A stretch of 64,000 bases of DNA from Mosigvirus mar005p1, in sequence record OZ035759.1; one strand, written 5' to 3'. The notes below the pieces were generated by a model. It was not told where the DNA came from. It was given only the letters and a program-made list of their open reading frames with translations, and did no database searches. The position numbers and the translations under genes were made by a program. Below are positions 27,991-36,615 of this stretch, in pieces. Positions within the stretch are counted from its first letter, which is position 1. Every line of letters begins with the position of its first letter.

Positions 27991-29672
27991 GCTTTCATCA
28001 CAGTAAATCGTCCAACTTTGCTCATTTGAAGATGTTGTCCATAAGCTTGTGGGTCATGGTCTCTGTGACTAATTATAAACACGTTTGCATCGGTTAGAGA
28101 GTTAAGAATTGTTGAAATAGCTTTAATACCTTCAGAATCAGTCGCGGAATCCATGACTTCGTCCATAATTAATGTATTGATTCTAACACCAGAGACCTTT
28201 TCAGCAATATCTCGCCATGTAAACAACAACGCGATATCGATACGTGCCTTTTCACCTTGACTAAATGAAGCATAACTAAAATCTTCACGACCACGTGATT
28301 TTATAGATTCATTGAATTCTTCATCAATAGAAAACACGTAATCAGCTTCCATGATTTTAAGATAATGGTTAATCTGCTTGTTGAACAGAGGCACGTATTT
28401 TTTAATGATAGCACCTTTAATACCAGAATCTTTTAACATATCTGTGATAATACCACGATGATATTTTTCAAGAACGATGTCTGATTTTGTTTTAATGATT
28501 TTATCAAGTTCTTTTTGAAGCAAAGCTATCTCATCGGCATGGTCGATAAACTCCGCCGAGGCTTGTTCTATTGCAGCTTTAACTTTCTTAGCTTTATCAA
28601 TAGTGGCAATCATTGCTTGTTTCTTGGTACGAATATCAGATGCAAGGTCCTGTTTAGTCTTAACATTAGCTCTATATTCGTCCACTAGGACACTCAGATT
28701 ATCTCTGTGACATGTAAGTTGCTCGAATGAGTGATTACATTCATGAAGCTTATCGGTAATCTTAGAGACAATAGGATCACCCTGGTGCAACTGTGATGCA
28801 CAAGTAGGACATGTGCCACCGTCATGATACATCTTAATAACTTTGTTATATGAGTCGATTTTAGATTTAATCAAGAATGCTTCTTGTCCGATCTTGTTGA
28901 ATGCCTCAGTAGGGTCTTCATCAAGAACGATATTAAGTAGTCGCTCATTAGCTTCTTCGATTTCTGCTTTTAATGAACGAGCTTCTTTGGCTAGGTCGTC
29001 ATACATATTCTGTAGACGCGCTACATTATCACCAGATAATTTCTTTTGACGTTCGATATTCTCGTTATAAATCTTAATTTGTTGGATAACACCATCTTTC
29101 TTGGCATCGAGAACTTGCCCTTGGGAATTAAGTTCTCGAACTTGAGACTTATTGATTTTATCCATTTCGGCGAGTGTGCCGACTTCTAAAAGGTCTTCGA
29201 CAAGTTTTCTACGAGCAGGGGTGCTAAGAGCCATGAAAGGGGTATACCCTGCCGTCCCAAGCACAACGATTTGTTTAAAAGACGCGTATGACATTCCGAT
29301 GCTACGTTCAAATTCTTCTTGGAAGTCACGACTGCTGGCAGATTCATCGAGACGAACACCGTCAACGGAGATTTCGAAAATATTGGGCTTTTGGCCACGT
29401 CTAATGAAGTATTTTTTATCATCGAATTCCATCCAAAGCTCAACTAAGAGCTCTTTCTTGTTCGTGCTATTAATGATTTGTCCTTTCTTAACATCACGAA
29501 ATGGTTTACCGAAAAGTCCGAAAGTAATGGCTTCTAACATCGTAGATTTACCACCGCCATTTTTACCAGTGATTAATGTCTTTTGGACTTTATCTAATTG
29601 GATATCAATAGGATTCCCACCTACCGACATGATGTTTTGATAACGAACACGATTTAATTTAAATGATTTCAT
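27984..29672 (-). CDS. 46: Recombination nuclease subunit gp46 (SbcC/Rad50-like ATPase)
   Basis: 562 aa; Walker A GKNGGGKST, coiled-coil middle, signature/Walker B region; T4 gp46 ~560 aa. Confidence 0.9.
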   Translation of the reverse strand: MKSFKLNRVRYQNIMSVGGNPIDIQLDKVQKTLITGKNGGGKSTMLEAITFGLFGKPFRDVKKGQIINSTNKKELLVELWMEFDDKKYFIRRGQKPNIFEISVDGVRLDESASSRDFQEEFERSIGMSYASFKQIVVLGTAGYTPFMALSTPARRKLVEDLLEVGTLAEMDKINKSQVRELNSQGQVLDAKKDGVIQQIKIYNENIERQKKLSGDNVARLQNMYDDLAKEARSLKAEIEEANERLLNIVLDEDPTEAFNKIGQEAFLIKSKIDSYNKVIKMYHDGGTCPTCASQLHQGDPIVSKITDKLHECNHSFEQLTCHRDNLSVLVDEYRANVKTKQDLASDIRTKKQAMIATIDKAKKVKAAIEQASAEFIDHADEIALLQKELDKIIKTKSDIVLEKYHRGIITDMLKDSGIKGAIIKKYVPLFNKQINHYLKIMEADYVFSIDEEFNESIKSRGREDFSYASFSQGEKARIDIALLFTWRDIAEKVSGVRINTLIMDEVMDSATDSEGIKAISTILNSLTDANVFIISHRDHDPQAYGQHLQMSKVGRFTVMKAS

Positions 29673-29923
29673 ATGTATTCTCTTCGAATGAAGTCCTCTA
29701 CATATTTTAACATGTCATCTCTATCAGCAAAATATTCATCTAGTTCTGCATACATAACAACACCTGGTGCGTACTCACAGGTAACATACATTGTTCCAAA
29801 GAAACGAGGAGTTGATTCCTCGTAATTCTCAGTCCATTCAACGATACCAATATAACCGTCACCAATACTAAATTCATGACGATGGATTTCATAATCAGTC
29901 TTCGTCATTATACGCATCCTCAA
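29669..29923 (-). CDS. hypothetical protein
   Basis: 84-aa ORF between 46 and 47. Confidence 0.5.
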   Translation of the reverse strand: MRMRIMTKTDYEIHRHEFSIGDGYIGIVEWTENYEESTPRFFGTMYVTCEYAPGVVMYAELDEYFADRDDMLKYVEDFIRREYI

Positions 29924-30152
29924 TACACGCTTCAGCCATTTTAAGAATAGAGCCAGGAGTATCGTTGTCCATTATATTAAAGCTAAATTCAATAGCCCAG
30001 TCGGTGCAGACATGAACTGCTTTAACTTCATTGCCTTCAACGCGTAATGGCTCAATCCAATACTTGATAGTGTTCTCGAATCCATCATCATCTTTAACAT
30101 CTATTTCAACTTCAAGCCCGAGCCCAGCATTGTTAAATTCATCTAAAGTCAT
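29895..30152 (-). CDS. hypothetical acidic protein
   Basis: 85-aa ORF. Confidence 0.5.
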   Translation of the reverse strand: MTLDEFNNAGLGLEVEIDVKDDDGFENTIKYWIEPLRVEGNEVKAVHVCTDWAIEFSFNIMDNDTPGSILKMAEACIEDAYNDED

Positions 30153-31168
30153 TGTGTTGCCTCAATATAAAGTTCGTTGGAATATTTGACCAGCGCTTCT
30201 CTGTCTTCGTCTGAGATATCTGGAATCGCGTCAATATATTCTTTAATGATATCTTGAAGTGATTTAATCTCGATTTCCTGGTCGTCATCAGATTCAACAC
30301 TGTTATCAACTTTAGAAACCATACGAAGAGAGTGAACTACTTTTTCAAGTTCAGATTCAAACTTAGTCAACTCTGAATCAATTTCTGATACTATAACACG
30401 TAAGGCTAGATTAGTATAATCAGAATAATTGATTTTGCCTTTAAACGGATAAGTGATTCGTCGATGCCATGTTGTTTCATTAGGAATAAATTCCATACGT
30501 TCAACATCAGTGTCAAATACCCAGAATCCGCGCGGGTCGTTCTCATCGCCTGCAGTAAGGGTCCATGGTGTCCCAATATATTTGACGTTAGCAGCTTCAG
30601 AGATTGTGTGGAAGTGGCCGGACCAGACTTGTTTATAGGTCTTTAAGAAATCAGGTTCAAGCCCATGAGACTTCATTCCTTTATAGAAATAAAAACCATT
30701 CAGTTCCCAGTGCCCAACACAATACGCAGCAGAAGAAGTCTTGATGTGCTCTAAGATTTCACCTGTATTTTCTTCACACATCCATGGAACGATATCAATC
30801 AGACATCCGTCAAAATCTACAGTAGTTGGATGCTCGTAAATAGTAAAGTTTTCAAATTGAGTTAACAATTCAGAAACAGTGTTAGGTGTTATGGTATTCT
30901 TAAACGCCATGTCATGATTTCCTATCGTGACATGAACGTGAATGCCTGCTTTAGAAATCATATCAACGATTTCACGATTGAATTCCATTGTACGATGTGT
31001 TATTGCTTTACGGACGTCAAACCAATCACCGTACTGAATCCAAGTTTTAATCCCGTGTTTCTTAGAGTATTCAATTGCTTGACGAATACCATCACGTTGA
31101 ATATCTTGAACCCATGGGTCGTCTTGTTTGACTCCGATATGGAAGTCGCCTAAGTGCAAAATTTTCAT
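30149..31168 (-). CDS. 47: Recombination nuclease subunit gp47 (SbcD/Mre11-like)
   Basis: 339 aa; phosphoesterase motifs LHLGDFH, GNHD; same length as T4 gp47. Confidence 0.9.
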   Translation of the reverse strand: MKILHLGDFHIGVKQDDPWVQDIQRDGIRQAIEYSKKHGIKTWIQYGDWFDVRKAITHRTMEFNREIVDMISKAGIHVHVTIGNHDMAFKNTITPNTVSELLTQFENFTIYEHPTTVDFDGCLIDIVPWMCEENTGEILEHIKTSSAAYCVGHWELNGFYFYKGMKSHGLEPDFLKTYKQVWSGHFHTISEAANVKYIGTPWTLTAGDENDPRGFWVFDTDVERMEFIPNETTWHRRITYPFKGKINYSDYTNLALRVIVSEIDSELTKFESELEKVVHSLRMVSKVDNSVESDDDQEIEIKSLQDIIKEYIDAIPDISDEDREALVKYSNELYIEATQ

Positions 31169-31210
31169 ATTATTTCCTCATTAGTTAATTCATTCTATCA
31201 TCCGTTTATA

Positions 31211-31239
31211 AAGCAAAAAAGGAACTCCGAAGAGTTCCT
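31211..31239 (-). terminator. Rho-independent terminator (UUCG tetraloop) upstream of gene 47
   Basis: Minus strand AGGAACUC-UUCG-GAGUUCCU followed by UUUUUUGCUUU. Confidence 0.7.
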
Positions 31240-31411
31240 ATCCACATAGTACACCGTACAGAGGCTCATTTGAACTTTTAAATCTAATGGGCTTGTATGT
31301 AATAGTTCCTTCGGCTTTAGCTTTATCATAAGACTCTTTAAAACGTCTCATTCTTTCTGCTTTGCCTTTACGGATTTTATCGAAATTTTCAGAAGTCGGG
31401 ATGTTCGTCAT
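31238..31411 (-). CDS. small hypothetical protein (57 aa)
   Basis: ORF below track threshold; stop codon lies inside the terminator hairpin. Confidence 0.3.
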   Translation of the reverse strand: MTNIPTSENFDKIRKGKAERMRRFKESYDKAKAEGTITYKPIRFKSSNEPLYGVLCG

Positions 31412-31449
31412 GCATAATCACCCCTCAGAAATACCTAAATCGATTTCTC

Positions 31450-31656
31450 TCATCGTTTCCACCATTTCTTAACTTGAAATGAATCAACCCACACGAGTTG
31501 TTTTGGGTCTGCCTTTACAATAGGCGGACAAATTTCTGTAATAGAACCGTCGTGATATTCCTTTTCAGAGATTTTAACACAAAGAGGACCTCCCAATTTA
31601 AGGGTGAACCCTGCGTTCAGCTTCAGACGTTTAAACTTTGTTTGAACTAGCGCCAT
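31450..31656 (-). CDS. hypothetical protein
   Basis: Track ORF 31450..31671, start uncertain. Confidence 0.4.
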   Translation of the reverse strand: MALVQTKFKRLKLNAGFTLKLGGPLCVKISEKEYHDGSITEICPPIVKADPKQLVWVDSFQVKKWWKR

Positions 31657-31954
31657 TAATGATGTCCTCAATAGCTTGACGAGTAGTAACCCACTGGATT
31701 TTAATTAACTTGTCATTATATGGTTGTCGTAGAATATCCCGAGATTTCTTAATAGCATATTCGTAAGCTTCGAAGTTGTTTTGAATTGCTGCTTCTTGAG
31801 CATGTGCATAAAGACGGTTTAGTTCAAAACGATTCTTTTTAAGAATCTTTTCGGATTTTTTACGTGCTTCAGCTTCATTTTTCTTTTGGATTTCTTGTAG
31901 CATTTTAGCTACTGCATCTTCTGCTTCTTTATTTTCAATAATCTCGGTAGTCAT
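31631..31954 (-). CDS. hypothetical protein
   Basis: 107-aa ORF in the slot where T4 carries alpha-glucosyltransferase. Confidence 0.5.
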   Translation of the reverse strand: MTTEIIENKEAEDAVAKMLQEIQKKNEAEARKKSEKILKKNRFELNRLYAHAQEAAIQNNFEAYEYAIKKSRDILRQPYNDKLIKIQWVTTRQAIEDIINGASSNKV

Positions 31955-31955
31955 A

Positions 31956-32171
31956 TTATCTCATTAAATTAAAATAAAAACGTCCATCCTCTTCAATACA
32001 GAACTCGTACTCAACTGGAGTTCCATTTATCGAAAATGACACGTCATGTGGGTTCAAAGGGTCGATGTCAAAATTAATTTTAAATTCTCGACCCAACAGT
32101 TTTACCAAATAAGGGATTGCTTCGTCAAAAGGTTCTTCTAAGTAGTTAGAGATGTCAATTGTCATCCTCAT
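31956..32171 (-). CDS. hypothetical protein
   Basis: Track ORF 31956..32249 trimmed to internal ATG just downstream of the gene 55 stop. Confidence 0.4.
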   Translation of the reverse strand: MRMTIDISNYLEEPFDEAIPYLVKLLGREFKINFDIDPLNPHDVSFSINGTPVEYEFCIEEDGRFYFNLMR

Positions 32172-32712
32172 ATAAAAAATCCAAACTAGGCGAATCGCTA
32201 ACAACTTCCTTCTTTTCAGCCCCAGGAGCTTTATAAGCGGATTCTTCATAATGCGTCATTTTATCGTAGATGTCTTGAATAAACGTTTCATCTACCAACG
32301 CTACCATATCATCGTCATGACTGTCGTAGACATTATGAACGAAGTAACTATATTTCTTTGCAACTTCCTTACGTTCTTTTTTGATACGTTGGACAAAAGC
32401 ATTAAAACAAGCTCGAGTTATGTATGCATGTGGGTTATTGTACTTAGTTTCGTCGAAATTATGAAGTCCCTTAATAGAGGCTTCAATCCCATCTGCAATC
32501 ATCTCCTGCTTCCAAGACTGGGTATATCCTGAAAAGTTGAAACGTTTGGACAGGCCTTCGGCGATAAGCATAATTGCTAAACCGATGGTATCATTCTGAC
32601 GAATAATTTTGTTTGGGTCTTTATTATTTAAGAGCTCCTTTTTCCACTCGATTATAGCGGCGAGAAGCTCTTTATTATTCACATAGTTATTTTTAGGTTT
32701 TTGTTCAGTCAT
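32155..32712 (-). CDS. 55: Late-transcription sigma factor gp55
   Basis: 185 aa from ATG; near-colinear with T4 gp55 (NYVNNKELL...[25 protein letters not shown]...). Confidence 0.88.
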   Translation of the reverse strand: MTEQKPKNNYVNNKELLAAIIEWKKELLNNKDPNKIIRQNDTIGLAIMLIAEGLSKRFNFSGYTQSWKQEMIADGIEASIKGLHNFDETKYNNPHAYITRACFNAFVQRIKKERKEVAKKYSYFVHNVYDSHDDDMVALVDETFIQDIYDKMTHYEESAYKAPGAEKKEVVSDSPSLDFLYEDDN

Positions 32713-32784
32713 AAGTACCTCTTGGCTCAATTCATAGGTCTATTATATCATAATATTTAGAGACCTATCTTAAAGCACGAGATA

Positions 32785-33054
32785 CTATCGGAGCAAACAA
32801 TAAGCCTGAAACACTTTTTCCATTAAACGTTTGAACTCATGGATATCGATATAAAGCTCAGTAAGACCGGCATTATAAAGAAAATCTAAAAAGTTCTCAT
32901 GTGTTTCGTTATAGTCGCCTTCGTTTAATTGAGATACATGAGTTTCCCAAAAACCAACACCTTTAACGAATGGAAAATACGTGACTTTCATGTATTCGTC
33001 AACATAAAATTCGCCCAGCTTTTCTTCAGTTATACTGATTCGAGTTAATTTCAT
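32785..33054 (-). CDS. hypothetical protein
   Basis: 89-aa ORF. Confidence 0.5.
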   Translation of the reverse strand: MKLTRISITEEKLGEFYVDEYMKVTYFPFVKGVGFWETHVSQLNEGDYNETHENFLDFLYNAGLTELYIDIHEFKRLMEKVFQAYCLLR

Positions 33055-33278
33055 TCTAGTTCCTTTGCTGCTTCAAGAGCAGCATCCAGCGAATCAAATT
33101 GGTCAACGAAATCAATATTCAACGCATCGTCAACCGTAGCATATAACCACCATTGTTTGAATTCGTATTCTAGAATAAATCCAGGACCTTCAATCTGAGG
33201 AAGACCTAGGCTATTTGTACCAACTTCGTAACCAGCTAGACGCAGGTCATTAATCAAAGTTTCTGTTAATACGCTCAT
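33051..33278 (-). CDS. hypothetical acidic protein
   Basis: 75-aa ORF, overlapping start/stop. Confidence 0.5.
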   Translation of the reverse strand: MSVLTETLINDLRLAGYEVGTNSLGLPQIEGPGFILEYEFKQWWLYATVDDALNIDFVDQFDSLDAALEAAKELE

Positions 33279-33655
33279 TTTGCCGCCTTAACAATTTTCA
33301 GATCAACGAATTTTTTCTTACGTTGATTTTTCATACGACGGATAGTCTTTTCAGAGATTTCATGTTTCTGATAAGCTTTAGATTCAACACCAAATGCAGC
33401 AACGTCAAATTCAGAAAGAATATATTGTACTAGAATTTCACGAATAGAATTGCGTCCAATTTTCTGGTCGTGTTTTTGCATAATTTCATAAAGACGGAAT
33501 TCCCACGCGTCAAGAACTTGAGGAGTAACAATATTGCCAGATTCCAGAAGAGCAACAACTTTATCGAAAGCGAAAGAATTAACTACGTTTTTGATTTTAG
33601 TAGACATATTATTTTCCTCGGTTATTTTATTATCCAACGAGAGAATTATACTCAT
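33275..33655 (-). CDS. hypothetical protein
   Basis: 126-aa ORF. Confidence 0.5.
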   Translation of the reverse strand: MSIILSLDNKITEENNMSTKIKNVVNSFAFDKVVALLESGNIVTPQVLDAWEFRLYEIMQKHDQKIGRNSIREILVQYILSEFDVAAFGVESKAYQKHEISEKTIRRMKNQRKKKFVDLKIVKAAK

Positions 33656-33673
33656 CTCTCAAGAGTTTGTATA

Positions 33674-33913
33674 CTATTTTTTAAGCATGAAAAGTAAGTA
33701 ATTTGTATCACGTGGAGTAATATCAACACCCATATCAAAGATGCCTTTATAGATTGGGTATTTGTTTTCAGTTGTATCGAAGCTGAAACTATTTCCATCA
33801 CAACTAACAGTAATAGCATCTGTTAAAATGTCATACTCAATCCTAACAATTGAATCCCCAATTTTAACGTCGAGATGTTTTTTGAATTTGATAAAATCTA
33901 ATTCTTGGGCCAT
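33674..33913 (-). CDS. hypothetical protein
   Basis: 79-aa ORF. Confidence 0.5.
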   Translation of the reverse strand: MAQELDFIKFKKHLDVKIGDSIVRIEYDILTDAITVSCDGNSFSFDTTENKYPIYKGIFDMGVDITPRDTNYLLFMLKK

Positions 33914-33976
33914 GATATTTTCCTCATTTTAAGACGATAGGAAGATAATAACATGTCTTCCTATCGTTGTACATTA

Positions 33977-34177
33977 TTAACCGAACTTTTTGGCACCTTT
34001 CCAGCCTTCGTACATAACTGCACAAGTCAGTAGTACAGCGTGCTGGCATTCTTTGTATTTGTAAATCCAGAACCAGCGTAAGAAGTCTTCATCCTCAACA
34101 CCGTTGAGTTTCATATTGGCAAAGAATTCAGCACGTTCTTCACGAAGCTTTTGCGATAACATAGATTCAGGATTCAT
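33977..34177 (-). CDS. hypothetical protein
   Basis: Track ORF 33977..34189; start trimmed to second Met. Confidence 0.45.
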   Translation of the reverse strand: MNPESMLSQKLREERAEFFANMKLNGVEDEDFLRWFWIYKYKECQHAVLLTCAVMYEGWKGAKKFG

Positions 34178-34308
34178 TTTGTGTTCCACGCCCCATTTTC
34201 ATCGATGAACTTAATCCAGTCATTTACAGACCATTTAGTTGTATCACCCTTTGGATTAACATTTAAAGTATATAATCCCTGCTTAAAAAGCATTCGTTTG
34301 ATATTCAT
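34174..34308 (-). CDS. small hypothetical protein
   Basis: Track ORF 34174..34401 trimmed to internal Met to remove overlap; low confidence. Confidence 0.3.
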   Translation of the reverse strand: MNIKRMLFKQGLYTLNVNPKGDTTKWSVNDWIKFIDENGAWNTK

Positions 34309-34315
34309 AATTTCC

Positions 34316-34609
34316 TCAACTGTAACGATAACATTCGTTAGCTTTACGTTTGGCTTCAGTATGAGAAGTATTATAATCATACTCTTCTTTACTGTAAACA
34401 TCTTTTTTCAACTTACGAACTTCTTTGCGGAGTTGTCGATTCATTTCATTCTTGACTTCAGAATCAACGCCTTTCATACGTTTCCATTTATCTGAGCGGA
34501 AAATGTTTTCAACCATGTCTTTGTGGCTAACACCGTCAGGAGCTTTACGCTTACCAAAATAGTCGTAATCGCGAACTTTCAAATCTTTACGACGATATGT
34601 TTTACCCAT
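34316..34609 (-). CDS. hypothetical basic protein
   Basis: Track ORF 34316..34636 trimmed to Met after upstream stop. Confidence 0.45.
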   Translation of the reverse strand: MGKTYRRKDLKVRDYDYFGKRKAPDGVSHKDMVENIFRSDKWKRMKGVDSEVKNEMNRQLRKEVRKLKKDVYSKEEYDYNTSHTEAKRKANECYRYS

Positions 34610-34616
34610 AAGTACC

Positions 34617-34865
34617 TCAGAGGTTGATTGATACAATGCGTTTGATAAAATTCACTTCACTTACTGAAAGGTCTTTAAGACCGATTGATTCTAAACGCTG
34701 AGTAAGCGTCAACATCGGGATATAATCCCAATGGGTTTTATTTGCTTGATAAGTACGAACGCCATTAGCAATTTCAACATACAAATCGGAAATGGTAACG
34801 AATACCGGTCGCTCGTCATTAACTTTAAGGGTTAGAACAACCTTCTTTGAATCTAAACTAATCAT
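34617..34865 (-). CDS. hypothetical protein
   Basis: 82-aa ORF. Confidence 0.5.
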   Translation of the reverse strand: MISLDSKKVVLTLKVNDERPVFVTISDLYVEIANGVRTYQANKTHWDYIPMLTLTQRLESIGLKDLSVSEVNFIKRIVSINL

Positions 34866-35044
34866 AGCTTAATTTCCTTCGCAATTGAACAGAAGATACC
34901 ACGGTCACAAAGCATTTCGCCAATTTCTGGATATTTGATTGAACGATACCAAACATCCAGGCTTGAAACTCTGGTTATCTGTACTGCATTACCGTTGACA
35001 GAATAGTACTGATCAACCTTAATTTCTTTATCTTCAATTGTCAT
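34862..35044 (-). CDS. hypothetical protein
   Basis: Track ORF trimmed to ATG preceded by GAGGAAA SD. Confidence 0.4.
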   Translation of the reverse strand: MTIEDKEIKVDQYYSVNGNAVQITRVSSLDVWYRSIKYPEIGEMLCDRGIFCSIAKEIKL

Positions 35045-35174
35045 TTTATTTTCCTCTATAGTAGATGGTTTAATCTTAACACATCTATTGAGGATGTAAA
35101 CTGTTTTATGAAAATATTTTTGATTTGAGAGGGGCACAAGGAGATAGTGAAGTGAAGATTCCAATGGATTATAT

Positions 35175-35211
35175 TAGAAATGAGATAAAGAAGACCAGGC
35201 GGCACCTGGTC
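35175..35211 (-). terminator. Rho-independent terminator overlapping the nrdH-like stop
   Basis: Minus strand GACCAGG-UGCCG-CCUGGUC followed by U-rich UUCUUUAUCUCAUUUCU. Confidence 0.55.
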
Positions 35212-35533
35212 AATCTTCTATGATATCAGAGTCATATCCTAATGAAATCAATGACTTTTTAAACTCTGCAATATTCTTTTGTTTCTTATCATTTAAAAAT
35301 ATGACAGGATAACGAATATTAAGTGAAGTGAATCCTGCACGTTTAGCAAGAGATACGATTAAAGGACGGTCATATTCAATCTTACCATTATTAGTGAGGA
35401 CTTTATAAAATGTATAAGGAGCATTGAGCTCCTTTAAAAGTTTTGTAACAGTATAACATCCTGGACAACGTCCAACTTCTTCAGGGATGCCATAAATTTC
35501 AATCTTGTTCTTTAAGTTCGAGTTTTGTTCCAC
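35210..35533 (-). CDS. nrdH: glutaredoxin/thioredoxin-fold protein (NrdH-like)
   Basis: CPGC redox motif; proposed GTG start with AAGGA SD; N-terminal part of track ORF overlaps upstream gene. Confidence 0.5.
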   Translation of the reverse strand: MEQNSNLKNKIEIYGIPEEVGRCPGCYTVTKLLKELNAPYTFYKVLTNNGKIEYDRPLIVSLAKRAGFTSLNIRYPVIFLNDKKQKNIAEFKKSLISLGYDSDIIED

Positions 35534-35816
35534 GAGAAATAATTCCTTGGTAAGCCCAATAAGGAGGATTAACAGAATCCTCACCAGAGTTTTCTTCAGG
35601 AAAATAAACCTGGATAACGAAGCCGGATTCATCAAAGGTAAAATAAACCGTAGGCAGTTCACCTAACAAATCGGCATGAGCGTTGATTTCTTCGAGGTCT
35701 TGTTCACGTCCAGCCCAGAAGCTTGGGTTCAGACTACATTCATAGAAATAATAGTCATTACCGAACATATCAAAACCATTCCAACTCTCTACTACATACC
35801 GCTCAAAACTAATCAT
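35499..35816 (-). CDS. hypothetical protein
   Basis: 105-aa ORF. Confidence 0.5.
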   Translation of the reverse strand: MISFERYVVESWNGFDMFGNDYYFYECSLNPSFWAGREQDLEEINAHADLLGELPTVYFTFDESGFVIQVYFPEENSGEDSVNPPYWAYQGIISRGTKLELKEQD

Positions 35817-35818
35817 AA

Positions 35819-36034
35819 TTAAGCCTTTTTATCAAGAACAGAATTCAGTTTATTAGTAATTTTGTCCAAACGTTCATTGAATTCGTTGGAGGATAAACCC
35901 TTTTCTGGAGAAATTAAACTAATCACGAAAAATACACCAGTAAAAGGAATAAGAAAAATAGCTCCAACTGCCATAAACAAAAAGAACGTTACAGTTGTAA
36001 GAAAATCAGCTAAACCTTTACGAAATTTATACAT
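35819..36034 (-). CDS. small membrane protein
   Basis: 71-aa ORF with one long hydrophobic segment. Confidence 0.5.
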   Translation of the reverse strand: MYKFRKGLADFLTTVTFFLFMAVGAIFLIPFTGVFFVISLISPEKGLSSNEFNERLDKITNKLNSVLDKKA

Positions 36035-36144
36035 ATTTACCCTTAATTAACTAAGCATTGATAAGCATTAAACTATATTGCGAATAAAATTCTGGACCAA
36101 AATTAAAAATCATATCATTTATAGTATCCATAATGTAATTCAAT

Positions 36145-36615
36145 TTAATCATGTTTCCACACCCCATCGGTATTTGACCAAAGTCGCTGGTTATCTGATC
36201 CTCGCCACAGCTTTTTAGTCGGAAGATTTTTCTCATACTTCCCATCAATAATAACATCAACATATTTAAGCATTTCTAGTTGTTTAATATCTTCAAACTT
36301 ATATCCTGTCCACAACCAAATGCTTTTATTTGGATAAAGATTTTTTACTGTTTGAACAATGCAATGAATAACATCTCGGTTATCAGGATAGAGAGGGTCA
36401 CCTCCGGTTATAGTCAATCCTTCTATATAATCATTATTCAAACATTCAATTAATTGTTCTAGTGTCTCTCTAGTGAATGGAACACCATTTCTAGCATTCC
36501 ATGTTGATTTATTATAACACCCTTCGCATTTATGCAAACAACCCGTAACGAAAAGAACGACCCTGCATCCGGGGCCATTCACAAAATCGCAAGGATAAAA
36601 TCTATCATAATTCAT
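36145..36615 (-). CDS. nrdG: Anaerobic ribonucleotide reductase activating protein NrdG (radical SAM)
   Basis: 156 aa; Cys-rich radical-SAM region GCLHKCEGCYN; directly downstream of nrdD. Confidence 0.85.
   Translation of the reverse strand: MNYDRFYPCDFVNGPGCRVVLFVTGCLHKCEGCYNKSTWNARNGVPFTRETLEQLIECLNNDYIEGLTITGGDPLYPDNRDVIHCIVQTVKNLYPNKSIWLWTGYKFEDIKQLEMLKYVDVIIDGKYEKNLPTKKLWRGSDNQRLWSNTDGVWKHD

Noticed and set aside
36051-36263. 70-aa minus ORF overlapping the 3' end of nrdG
   Set aside because: Overlaps nrdG by ~120 nt in another frame; only a 33-38-aa tail would be free-standing; no SD evident.
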